DNA of 64,000 nucleotides from contig JAQWAQ010000002.1 in NCBI GenBank assembly GCA_028707635.1, positions 11,802 to 75,801 on the forward strand. The letters run 5' to 3'. Shown here piece by piece: positions 56,880 to 64,000 of this stretch. Positions within the stretch are counted from its first letter, which is position 1, and every line of letters starts with the position of its first letter. The notes below the pieces were generated by a model. It saw nothing but the letters and a program-made list of their open reading frames with translations, was not told the origin of the DNA and searched no databases. Made by a program: the position numbers and the translations under genes. The stretch comes from Negativicutes bacterium (lineage in GTDB: Bacteria > Bacillota > Negativicutes > JAAYSF01).

Positions 56880-59103
56880 AGCTAACCCTCTTTTCTTGAT
56901 GAATTACGGCGGCCAATTCGCCCATGAAGTCTTTTTGAGCACGTCTTAACATCTGCTCATTTTCTCGGGTATTGCCTCCTTGCAGGACTGGTGCGAAGGT
57001 TACTTGACCAATGCTTATTCCTCCGCCCTGCCGAACACCAAGCATCTCGCCTGCTTGTTGCCACAGCGATAATGCCCTCGGACTGCCATCAAGAGGTATA
57101 GCCGCTTCCGCACTGTTCTCTGCAAATGTTGTCAAGAATGCTCCTTTACTATATATCCCACCAGAAGCGTTTGTCGCAACGTTTGGAGCATTTACTGCTA
57201 TGCTTTCGCCACCGCCAAACATCGATTTGATTTTTCCTGCTAGCCAACCAACTTTGTCACCTATATTTTGCAATATGGCTGCTGCGTTAGGGAAAGTAGA
57301 CTGAAACGCAGCCCACGCGCTATCAATGGCATCACGAACAGTATCAAAATGCTGATATAGTAAATATACACCGCCAGCCAATAGGGCAATACCAGCAATA
57401 ACTAGGCCAATAGGGTTGGCCATCATTGCTGCATTCCACAGCCACTGACTACCCGCTGCTATGCGCGTTGCAGCGTTTACAAGTAGCAACTTTCCTGCAT
57501 ACAGCCCGATATCAAGTATGAGCTTACCCATTCGAGCCCCCCACAAGGCTGCATTCCATAACCACTGGGCAGCAGCAGTTAATTTAGTTGCCACCTGAAC
57601 TTTTGTCAGAAAGTTAACCAGCGACAAAGCAGAACTAGCCACGCCACCTAACACCCAAACTAAGCCGCCTAAAACAACGCCTAAGGCCAAAGCCGCTGCG
57701 GAGCCAAGCGCAAGCACGTTTGTTAGCTTGGGATATTTAGCCGTAAAGGCCTGTACTCCCTCTAAGAAACCAGACAGCCTTCCACTTACAGATTGAATGA
57801 CCGGCAATAGATTATTCCCTATAATAATAAATGTCCGCATAAGCGCTGCCTGTACTCCTTCAAGCTGTTTTGCAGTCGTTTTAGACATAACTTCGAATTC
57901 TTTGCGAACACTACCTTTAGCCGCTTCATCGTTAGCTAGTTTGATTGCACCTAAGAACTTATCATAGTTACCTGTTAATTTGGATACTGTATCAATATGT
58001 TCTGCCCCAATTAATTCCGCCATGACATTGTTTCGCGAAGCCTGATCAAGTTGGTTAATGCGATTAAACAAATCAAGGATAGCACCGTCAGCATCTTTTA
58101 TAACATTAGCCTGCAGCTCTTCTGCGCTCATGCCAATCGTCGCAAGTGCGTTTTGAAAACCCTTAGCCTGCGTTGGCGCTGCGGCGAACTTTGTAAGCAT
58201 AGCATTTATAGCCGTACCGGCAACTTCTGCACGTTCACCCGCGGCAAGCAACCCCGCTCCCAAACCCACAGTCATGCCCTCGCTCATTGTAGGTGCTAAG
58301 TTTTTTATAGCGCCCGCGGTTCTGTTCATAAAATTAATTAAATCCGGGCCCGTTGCCAACGTCTGATCATCCACATAGTTAATTTTATCGGCTAATGCTT
58401 CCAGTTGTGCGATGCCTTTTTCTGTGCCTAGATTATAGCCTAAAGCCGTACCGATTTTCGCCATGTCAGTAGTGATTTGTTCTGCCGGCATTTCAAAGGC
58501 TGTCCCCATCATGATGCCCATCTCGGTGATTTTGGCGAGGTTTTCAGTACCTTTAACTCCCGCCCGTGCTCCTAGCGCGTAGGCATTAGCAATGTCGGAC
58601 GGACTTTTCATAAGCGTTTTGGATAGGCGGAAGATATCCTGCTGGGCTTGCTTACCGATTGCAGTAAGCTCACCGGCTTCATTACGCGCACCGTCAACCT
58701 GCTTAGCGACTCCCGCCATTGCTGTTTCAAAGTTAACGCTTGCCATAACAGGACCGCTAAATATAGCACCGCCAATAGCAGCAGAGCCCATGGCCACATT
58801 TTTGGCACCAGACTGGATCTTTTCTGCTTTGCTTTGCAGCGCCACTACCCGAGAATACTTTTTTTGCGCAGCTTCAGCTTTATCCAGCTGTGATGCCAGC
58901 TTTTCATATGATGCTGCATATTGATAGACTGATATAGCGCCGCTTTTCTGTTGCTTTTCCAGTTCCTTCATCTGCGCTTTTAATCCGCTAACCTTTGTAT
59001 TGAGCTGACTCATATGATTAGCAGCACCTGTAAACGCGGAGCCAAAAGAACTATTGACTTTTCCTAGAATATTGAATGCAATTTCATACATTTTACCGGC
59101 CAT
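56872..59103 (-). CDS. Phage tail tape measure protein
   Basis: 743 aa, Ala/Gly-rich coiled-coil with central TM-like segments; follows the chaperone frameshift pair. Confidence 0.85.
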   Translation of the reverse strand: MAGKMYEIAFNILGKVNSSFGSAFTGAANHMSQLNTKVSGLKAQMKELEKQQKSGAISVYQYAASYEKLASQLDKAEAAQKKYSRVVALQSKAEKIQSGAKNVAMGSAAIGGAIFSGPVMASVNFETAMAGVAKQVDGARNEAGELTAIGKQAQQDIFRLSKTLMKSPSDIANAYALGARAGVKGTENLAKITEMGIMMGTAFEMPAEQITTDMAKIGTALGYNLGTEKGIAQLEALADKINYVDDQTLATGPDLINFMNRTAGAIKNLAPTMSEGMTVGLGAGLLAAGERAEVAGTAINAMLTKFAAAPTQAKGFQNALATIGMSAEELQANVIKDADGAILDLFNRINQLDQASRNNVMAELIGAEHIDTVSKLTGNYDKFLGAIKLANDEAAKGSVRKEFEVMSKTTAKQLEGVQAALMRTFIIIGNNLLPVIQSVSGRLSGFLEGVQAFTAKYPKLTNVLALGSAAALALGVVLGGLVWVLGGVASSALSLVNFLTKVQVATKLTAAAQWLWNAALWGARMGKLILDIGLYAGKLLLVNAATRIAAGSQWLWNAAMMANPIGLVIAGIALLAGGVYLLYQHFDTVRDAIDSAWAAFQSTFPNAAAILQNIGDKVGWLAGKIKSMFGGGESIAVNAPNVATNASGGIYSKGAFLTTFAENSAEAAIPLDGSPRALSLWQQAGEMLGVRQGGGISIGQVTFAPVLQGGNTRENEQMLRRAQKDFMGELAAVIHQEKRVSFA

Positions 59104-59105
59104 TT

Positions 59106-59534
59106 ATTTCCCCGCCTTCTTGCTTGTTTCATTTACGACGTCTAACCAATCCCACAAATCCGGCAACGTCATGTCAAGCCAATAAGTGATAGCAGTATGC
59201 GTTTGCTGGGCCATGTAAACTGCAATTTTACGCAACTCACGGGTTAAATTCTTGATCCCTATTCGAACAAAAAATTTGCCACCTGCAACGTTACACGCGA
59301 AAATTCTTTACCGGGCAAAGCGATAATCATGTCTGCTGACATTTTAGATGCTTTGGCAGCAAGGACAGCCTGGTAGGTTTTCGACAGCTCCATAACTGGC
59401 GACTTATCACCTAAGGCGCGCGCTTCTGTTGCAGCATCAATTAAGTGCCGCCCGGTCAGTGCGTCTAAATTGAGATCCAGACCTTCAAAAGTTTTTCCTT
59501 CAAATTCAAAAGGTTTATCAAATGTGATTTTCAT
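59106..59534 (-). CDS. Tail assembly chaperone (XkdN-like) with programmed -1 frameshift extension (G/GT-like pair)
   Basis: 0-frame ORF 59259-59534 ends ...ANFLFE*. A -1 frame continues open from the slippery T TTT TTG (59268-59274, minus strand) for 52 codons (FFVRIGIKNLTRELRKIAVYMAQQTHTAITYWLDMTLPDLWDWLDVVNETSKKAGK), stopping 2 nt before the tape-measure ATG. Confidence 0.65.
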
Positions 59535-59556
59535 GTTTTCATTCCTCCTGTATAAT
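59528..59556 (+). promoter_or_regulatory. Extended -10 promoter (TGTATAAT) for the tail-module moron
   Basis: CCTGTATAATG at 59548-59556 with a weak -35; RBS AAGAGGTGA follows. Confidence 0.5.
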
Positions 59557-59576
59557 GTTAGTAAGAGGTGATAGCA

Positions 59577-59840
59577 ATGACGGCCATAATTATTTTGATC
59601 GGGTTGTTATTCAGCGTTTTGAGTGGTTATTTGTGTTTTGGATTAGCAGATGCGTTCTTTAAGACTTATTGGGTAAATTGGCTATTTGCTATGCTCGGAT
59701 CTGGGGTTGTCCTTCTGTGCACTTCATATATACTGTTTGCCAACACCCCCACACAACAGCAAAAAAAATCCTCTCGATCAAGCATGCCGCCTCTCTTGCT
59801 AGGCATTCTCCTCGGCTCCTGGTGGAGCAATAAAGAATAA
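59577..59840 (+). CDS. Moron: small membrane protein (87 aa, 2-3 TM) encoded antisense within the tail gene cluster
   Basis: ATG at 59577 eight nt after AAGAGGTGA. Own promoter and own terminator (59847-59885). Translation MTAIIILIGLLFSVLSGYLCFGLADAFFKTYWVNWLFAMLGSGVVLLCTSYILF... Confidence 0.6.
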   Translation: MTAIIILIGLLFSVLSGYLCFGLADAFFKTYWVNWLFAMLGSGVVLLCTSYILFANTPTQQQKKSSRSSMPPLLLGILLGSWWSNKE

Positions 59841-59846
59841 AAAATC

Positions 59847-59885
59847 AAGGCCGCATTTCCCAACGGAGTGCGGCCCTTTCATTTT
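59847..59885 (+). terminator. Intrinsic terminator after the moron
   Basis: AAGGCCGCATTTCCCAACGGAGTGCGGCCCTT plus TCATTTT. Confidence 0.7.
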
Positions 59886-60405
59886 AGACCAAGCCTAAAG
59901 CTGCCCGGACGGACGATAAATAGTCTACACCTTGAATGTTGCAGATGTAATTATATTTATCAATTTCAACCATGACCTCGCCACTTAGTGTGATCTTAAT
60001 ATATACAACTTCGAACTCACTTGATGCATCGCCCCCTGAACCAATGTCAAGCTTGCCGAGATCCGTTTTCTTTGGAATTGCCTTTACAACTACTTTAAGC
60101 GGTTGAGTTACATATTCACCCGTACCCGCGTTATATACCTGAATAGCACCTCGCAAATCAAGCGAATGGGATTTCTGTTGAGCTAGGCTAATCAGCGGCC
60201 TTGTAACAGTCCGCCAGTTTAACGTCAGCGTCATGCTGCCAAAATGCCCCAGCACAGGGCTATCAACTTCACCAGCAATTCCTGCACCTTTGACAGTGTC
60301 AGTCATCGGTTCAATACTGGGGAGCTGTACGTCAGCCACTCCCAGAAGGTCAGTTCCATCTTCGTAGACGCGGAAGCTAATTAGTTTTTCTGGTACCTGA
60401 TTCAT
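59884..60405 (-). CDS. Phage tail tube protein (XkdM-like)
   Basis: 173 aa, immediately downstream of the sheath gene. Confidence 0.75.
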   Translation of the reverse strand: MNQVPEKLISFRVYEDGTDLLGVADVQLPSIEPMTDTVKGAGIAGEVDSPVLGHFGSMTLTLNWRTVTRPLISLAQQKSHSLDLRGAIQVYNAGTGEYVTQPLKVVVKAIPKKTDLGKLDIGSGGDASSEFEVVYIKITLSGEVMVEIDKYNYICNIQGVDYLSSVRAALGLV

Positions 60406-60421
60406 TCAATACACCCCCTTA

Positions 60422-61870
60422 TTAACTGAATAATGTTTCGAGATATTTCGGGTCATACTCAAGGATAAAGTCAATTTCCCGAGCCGGCGATGGCGGGGTA
60501 ATGTACACATGGAAACGAGCGATACCATCCATCAAGTCAGTCGTCGGATTTTCATCTTGCTGAAATTCTACGCGTCCACCGAGGATAAACTGACGCGCTG
60601 CAAGGCCGTTCAGCCAGATATTGGCGCTATCGACAATCGTTTCAATAAGTCGTTTGTTGAGCGGGTAGTCAACTTTCTGCCAAAAGGTTTGAATGAGTGT
60701 GTTGCCAATCCAATCAAACATCCGGCGAATCGGAATAAATGCGTCTTTCGGGTCAGTGACTGACGGATAAACGCCTGTACGATTGCCCCAGGCTTTCCAT
60801 CCACCAATAAAGTTCAAAGCCGTAATAACGCCTTGGCCGTTTAAATAGGCCGCCTGATCGGGCCCGAGTAACACTTCGGTTCCGTCTGTGAGTACCGCAG
60901 CATTCGCCTGCAGGTTCTTGTTAGACGGGCTCACATAAGGTATATCCTCGTTATCGGCATCCGTTTTGCAAATTGCACCGGCCAGCTGGGTGCTAAGATG
61001 GAATATTTCATCGCCTAGCTTGACTTTCGGCCAGCAAACTACCTGACGGTTTGCAACATAATTATTAGTTTCTTTCCATGCGGCAACATCAGTATATTTT
61101 TTGACTGTGTCGGTTGGTACATCGGTAAGTGCTATACACTTAAAGTGGCTGTTAATGTTTGAGGATTTAGCAACCATGACAGCAGCAACAGCTGGGTCAT
61201 GTGACCAACCCGGCGCCAGAATCATGCCCGGTAACAGACGAAACATCGGGAATATGTTATTGATTAACTCCAATCCCTCATAAGCGCCGGTAGTGTCATC
61301 AATCCCGCCGACGATATCGCCAGAATCAACTGCTGTTGGATCTAATTTGTCATATGTTGCTAGCAGTGACGCCTGCTCTGCAGGAATGCTTCCATTTGCC
61401 AAACGGGTAATAACCACTTTGCCGTCATCATCGAAGGCCGCAGTATAGTCTGTGTTCTTGACTAATGGCTGCCCCGCTTCGACCAGTTTTAATACCAGCG
61501 TGCTCAACACTACATTTGCGCTGATAATGCCTTTGCCAGTTGTTAACGTTACTGCTTCATTCGTCACAGCAGTTTTGTGTATTTCCGGGTCCAACACGTT
61601 AACCAACACCACCGGTGCAACGTTAAACAATGCAAAATGCGATTTAATAAATTCGCATAAGGTATAGTTAGTCCAGTCGTCAGAATAACCAAACGCCGCT
61701 ACTGCTTCTGCGTATGTGTAGCACAGCACTGGTTTATTCACCGCGGCCGGATCAGTCGCTAGATGCATCGGCGCAGTACCGAATACTACCGGCAGCCCTG
61801 CGCTCGTCCTCACTGGGGGCACGATTGATGTCGGAACCTCCGAGGAATGCACGCCATGTTTATAGGCCAT
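60422..61870 (-). CDS. Phage tail sheath protein (XkdK-like)
   Basis: 482 aa, MAYKHGVHSSEVPTS... is a typical sheath N-terminus. Confidence 0.85.
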   Translation of the reverse strand: MAYKHGVHSSEVPTSIVPPVRTSAGLPVVFGTAPMHLATDPAAVNKPVLCYTYAEAVAAFGYSDDWTNYTLCEFIKSHFALFNVAPVVLVNVLDPEIHKTAVTNEAVTLTTGKGIISANVVLSTLVLKLVEAGQPLVKNTDYTAAFDDDGKVVITRLANGSIPAEQASLLATYDKLDPTAVDSGDIVGGIDDTTGAYEGLELINNIFPMFRLLPGMILAPGWSHDPAVAAVMVAKSSNINSHFKCIALTDVPTDTVKKYTDVAAWKETNNYVANRQVVCWPKVKLGDEIFHLSTQLAGAICKTDADNEDIPYVSPSNKNLQANAAVLTDGTEVLLGPDQAAYLNGQGVITALNFIGGWKAWGNRTGVYPSVTDPKDAFIPIRRMFDWIGNTLIQTFWQKVDYPLNKRLIETIVDSANIWLNGLAARQFILGGRVEFQQDENPTTDLMDGIARFHVYITPPSPAREIDFILEYDPKYLETLFS

Positions 61871-62145
61871 TACTTAACACCGCCTTTCAAAACTTCCTGA
61901 TACCACGTATTTTCAGGTGTACCCTTCGTGGATATGACTTGTTCTGTTTTGGCAAGATCCACTACCGGAACGAAAAGTAATTTAATCGCTGGGCACTTCT
62001 CGAACACATCCTTTAGATGTGCCGGTAAGCCGCCTTTATAAACGGCATACCGTTGTAATATACCGCCCGGAATATTCGGGCCACAATATATGAGCCGCTC
62101 CGGTTTTGCCGGTGCGACAGTTTTCTTAGTAGTCGCCATAGTCAA
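61870..62145 (-). CDS. Hypothetical phage protein (tail/head-tail joining region)
   Basis: 91 aa, tightly coupled upstream of the sheath. Confidence 0.4.
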   Translation of the reverse strand: MTMATTKKTVAPAKPERLIYCGPNIPGGILQRYAVYKGGLPAHLKDVFEKCPAIKLLFVPVVDLAKTEQVISTKGTPENTWYQEVLKGGVK

Positions 62146-62608
62146 CCTCCTCTATTGGTTGTGCAATTGTCCATGTAGTTGTCATCCAAGCAACCCAGTA
62201 TGGCCAGGGCTGATCTTCAGGCATCTCTGTTTTGATTGGGAGCTCAAGCCTAAATTTCTTACCCAAAGTACGGTTTCGCAACAATTCTTGGCGTATTCGC
62301 TCCAATACTTCAAGCGGATCACGCCAGCCCTGCCCATGTTTGGAATACGTTGTGGCGATGATGCGAATAGTGGCGGTTCCTGTCTGTTGGCTGTCCTCGC
62401 CAGTTAGAAAACGGGCAATAACGAAGGGCACCGCTTTTTCTGTTTCATCTTCTGGCGGCCTGCCTGGTTTTGGTTCGTCATCATCCAGAAACCCTGAAAT
62501 AATGATTGGCGCTCTCGGCTCCCCTTTTTTTACTTCCAGAATTAACTCTTTTGTCGCTTGTCCCACTAATATACAAAGTTCATCGACTAAAAGTAACGGT
62601 GTACTCAT
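62126..62608 (-). CDS. Hypothetical phage protein (tail completion-like position)
   Basis: 160 aa; synteny only. Confidence 0.4.
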   Translation of the reverse strand: MSTPLLLVDELCILVGQATKELILEVKKGEPRAPIIISGFLDDDEPKPGRPPEDETEKAVPFVIARFLTGEDSQQTGTATIRIIATTYSKHGQGWRDPLEVLERIRQELLRNRTLGKKFRLELPIKTEMPEDQPWPYWVAWMTTTWTIAQPIEEVDYGDY

Positions 62609-63168
62609 TTTCCTACACCTCGCAAAATACGATTGATCTCATGATCAAGACGATCATTTACTCTGCGTATTGCACCCGCTTCAACATACCGGGACACTGA
62701 CGGGTTGCCGACCATTTGCGCAACTGACGGGCCATAGTGCTGCGTTATAGGGAATCGTTTGTTGCCTTCGCGCCTGAATACACCGACATGCCCGCTCGCC
62801 AGTTTTGCTATGAATGTTTTGGGTATTACCCCGCCACCGGACCGTTTTACCTGCGCATGAACCCCTTCACTCGGGCGCTTTTTAGTTACCCTACCAGGAC
62901 GCAGTTTAAAATACGATAACGCTCTGGGACGACCACGCGCGACGATCGACGCACTTAAATCCATTTTATTTGCCCTTCGAATATCAATTGTTTCTCTGAC
63001 ACGACCAGCAGTAATAACATACTCCTCTCGTACTTGACGAACGATATCCGTACGCGCCCCTTCTGCTGCCCGATTTATAGCGTTTGATAATGCTTTCGGC
63101 AATGCTCCGGGGATATGGCCTAGCAGTTGCTGGGCTAGTTTCATTTTGTTTTCAGTGATCTCAATCAT
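62605..63168 (-). CDS. Phage head-tail joining protein, HK97 gp10-like
   Basis: 187 aa; basic profile and position. Confidence 0.45.
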   Translation of the reverse strand: MIEITENKMKLAQQLLGHIPGALPKALSNAINRAAEGARTDIVRQVREEYVITAGRVRETIDIRRANKMDLSASIVARGRPRALSYFKLRPGRVTKKRPSEGVHAQVKRSGGGVIPKTFIAKLASGHVGVFRREGNKRFPITQHYGPSVAQMVGNPSVSRYVEAGAIRRVNDRLDHEINRILRGVGK

Positions 63169-63488
63169 CCCCGGTTCGCCTCCAGTTCAATTTCTAACAT
63201 ACCGCCCGCTGCCGCGCAATCAATAACCATGTACCATTCACCGTCTACTGTCATTTTCTGATCTTGTTCAGGACGATAGCCTAATTCAGATTCGCTGATA
63301 AAAACTGTTAGCTGGCGGGCATATATCCCGTCAAAGTTTTCACTCTGACGGGTGCCGCGTTGCTTTGAGATATCCTCGTCAATTATGCAGGCGATTTGCT
63401 GGCCGTTGATATTGTGCATACCGGCGAATTTATCGGTATTAAGAAAGACCGCCGAAATGTCGGCGGCCATTATATCCTTGAAATTCAT
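63165..63488 (-). CDS. Phage head-tail adaptor / head closure-like protein
   Basis: 107 aa; synteny. Confidence 0.4.
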   Translation of the reverse strand: MNFKDIMAADISAVFLNTDKFAGMHNINGQQIACIIDEDISKQRGTRQSENFDGIYARQLTVFISESELGYRPEQDQKMTVDGEWYMVIDCAAAGGMLEIELEANRG

Positions 63489-63817
63489 TAGCCGATTTTT
63501 ACACGGGCGGTCGCGCCAGCTTGCAATTTTGTTGCAACGCAGATGCCCGCCTTCGTGTTGCTGGTATCAGTTTTAGTCAGCACGCTGTTGGTGTCATCCC
63601 AATAAAGCACATCGCCAACTGCAAAAGCGGCAGTGGTTACAGCAGCGCACTCATACACACCAGTAATGGCAACCGCACCGACAGCACCGTTTGTAATGTC
63701 TGTTTGAGCCACGCCTACGCAGCTAACTAATGGAATTACTTGTCCGACAACAATATCAGCAGCGGCGGTATAATCAATTACTGCACCGCCTTGAATAAAA
63801 GTCGCTTCTTTAGCCAT
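63488..63817 (-). CDS. DUF2190-like phage protein (head-associated)
   Basis: 109 aa, MAKEATFIQGGAVIDYTAAADIVVGQV... Gly/Ala/Val-rich beta pattern. Confidence 0.45.
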   Translation of the reverse strand: MAKEATFIQGGAVIDYTAAADIVVGQVIPLVSCVGVAQTDITNGAVGAVAITGVYECAAVTTAAFAVGDVLYWDDTNSVLTKTDTSNTKAGICVATKLQAGATARVKIG

Positions 63818-63834
63818 GTTTTTATCCCTCCAAA

Positions 63835-63868
63835 ATTATTTTAATATGTAAAAGGCGGATTTGCCGCC
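63835..63868 (-). terminator. Intrinsic terminator after the capsid-region gene
   Basis: GGCGGCAAATCCGCC hairpin followed by TTTTACATATT on the minus strand. Confidence 0.5.
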
Positions 63869-63880
63869 CCCATCACTATG

Positions 63881-64000
63881 CGCCTGCGTTCTTGTACAGG
63901 CCGCGATAATCAAGCACTGCTGCGCCGAATTCGTAGCGGACTTTGTAATCGATGCCGTCGACTTCAAAGCCTGTCCGAGTTTCCATATACGGAGCATCAT
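63881..64000 (-). CDS. 3' end of a phage structural gene (probably major capsid protein), partial
   Basis: Minus frame reads ...DAPYMETRTGFEVDGIDYKVRYEFGAAVLDYRGLYKNAGA*; the gene continues beyond the window. Confidence 0.4.

Larger units (their letters stand above)
46769..64000. mobile_element. PBSX/myovirus-like prophage (right arm: cargo island, switch region, lysis, tail, head-completion, capsid 3' end), continuing beyond window end
   Basis: tRNA-fragment att core at one edge, AT-rich cargo next to it, holin-amidase lysis cassette, XkdK/M/N/O/P/Q/R/S/T/U/V/W/X-like order on the minus strand, and head genes at 62.6-64 kb. Confidence 0.8.

Noticed and set aside
1-64000. CRISPR arrays, IS elements, rRNA or complete tRNA genes
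   Set aside because: No regularly spaced direct repeats, no transposase-like ORFs, no rRNA-like stretches. The only tRNA-like sequence is the 48-nt 3' fragment at 46769-46816.

Overview
Firmicute-like chromosomal window (about 47 % GC) with two clearly different parts.

Positions 1 to about 46.7 kb are core chromosome with a strong sporulation and envelope flavour:
- mgtE behind an M-box riboswitch.
- A GerA-type germinant receptor operon (A, B, C plus a small D-like ORF).
- A PHP phosphatase, a class V aminotransferase, a PdaB-like deacetylase, a D-Ala-D-Ala carboxypeptidase, cheR, alr, an amidohydrolase, a spo0E-like ORF, hypB-hypA, an alpha/beta-type SASP, spoVD-like PBP, an MFS transporter, a dapB-like reductase and a split UxaA-family dehydratase.
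- An 11-gene nuoA-N complex I operon without nuoEFG.
- cotJA-cotJB-cotJC, a PspC-domain protein, a SEDS (FtsW/RodA/SpoVE) protein, a YVTN beta-propeller protein, a tandem DUF2935 protein, trmB, a sigma-54 enhancer-binding protein, an H-NOX-fused chemoreceptor, a NirA/SiR-like small protein, a 42-bp-repeat coiled-coil protein, a 70-aa Cys-rich protein and modA.

At 46769-46816 a 3' fragment of a tRNA-Thr (attachment core) marks the edge of a PBSX/myovirus-like prophage that fills the rest of the window. Reading from that edge, the prophage contains:
- An AT-rich cargo island of uncharacterised genes (XRE-HTH, 181-aa protein, LexA-DBD-only protein, 225-aa protein with a WEREWR motif).
- A divergent-promoter switch and a holin/amidase lysis cassette.
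- A tail fibre, baseplate J/W/V proteins, a LysM-like protein, a tape measure and a tail chaperone with a programmed -1 frameshift.
- A promoter-equipped membrane-protein moron, tail tube and sheath, head-completion genes and the 3' end of a capsid gene.

The most interesting unexplained signals are the AT-rich island next to the att core, a 21-nt motif repeated in three intergenic regions, the O2-type H-NOX chemoreceptor, and the morons inside the prophage.
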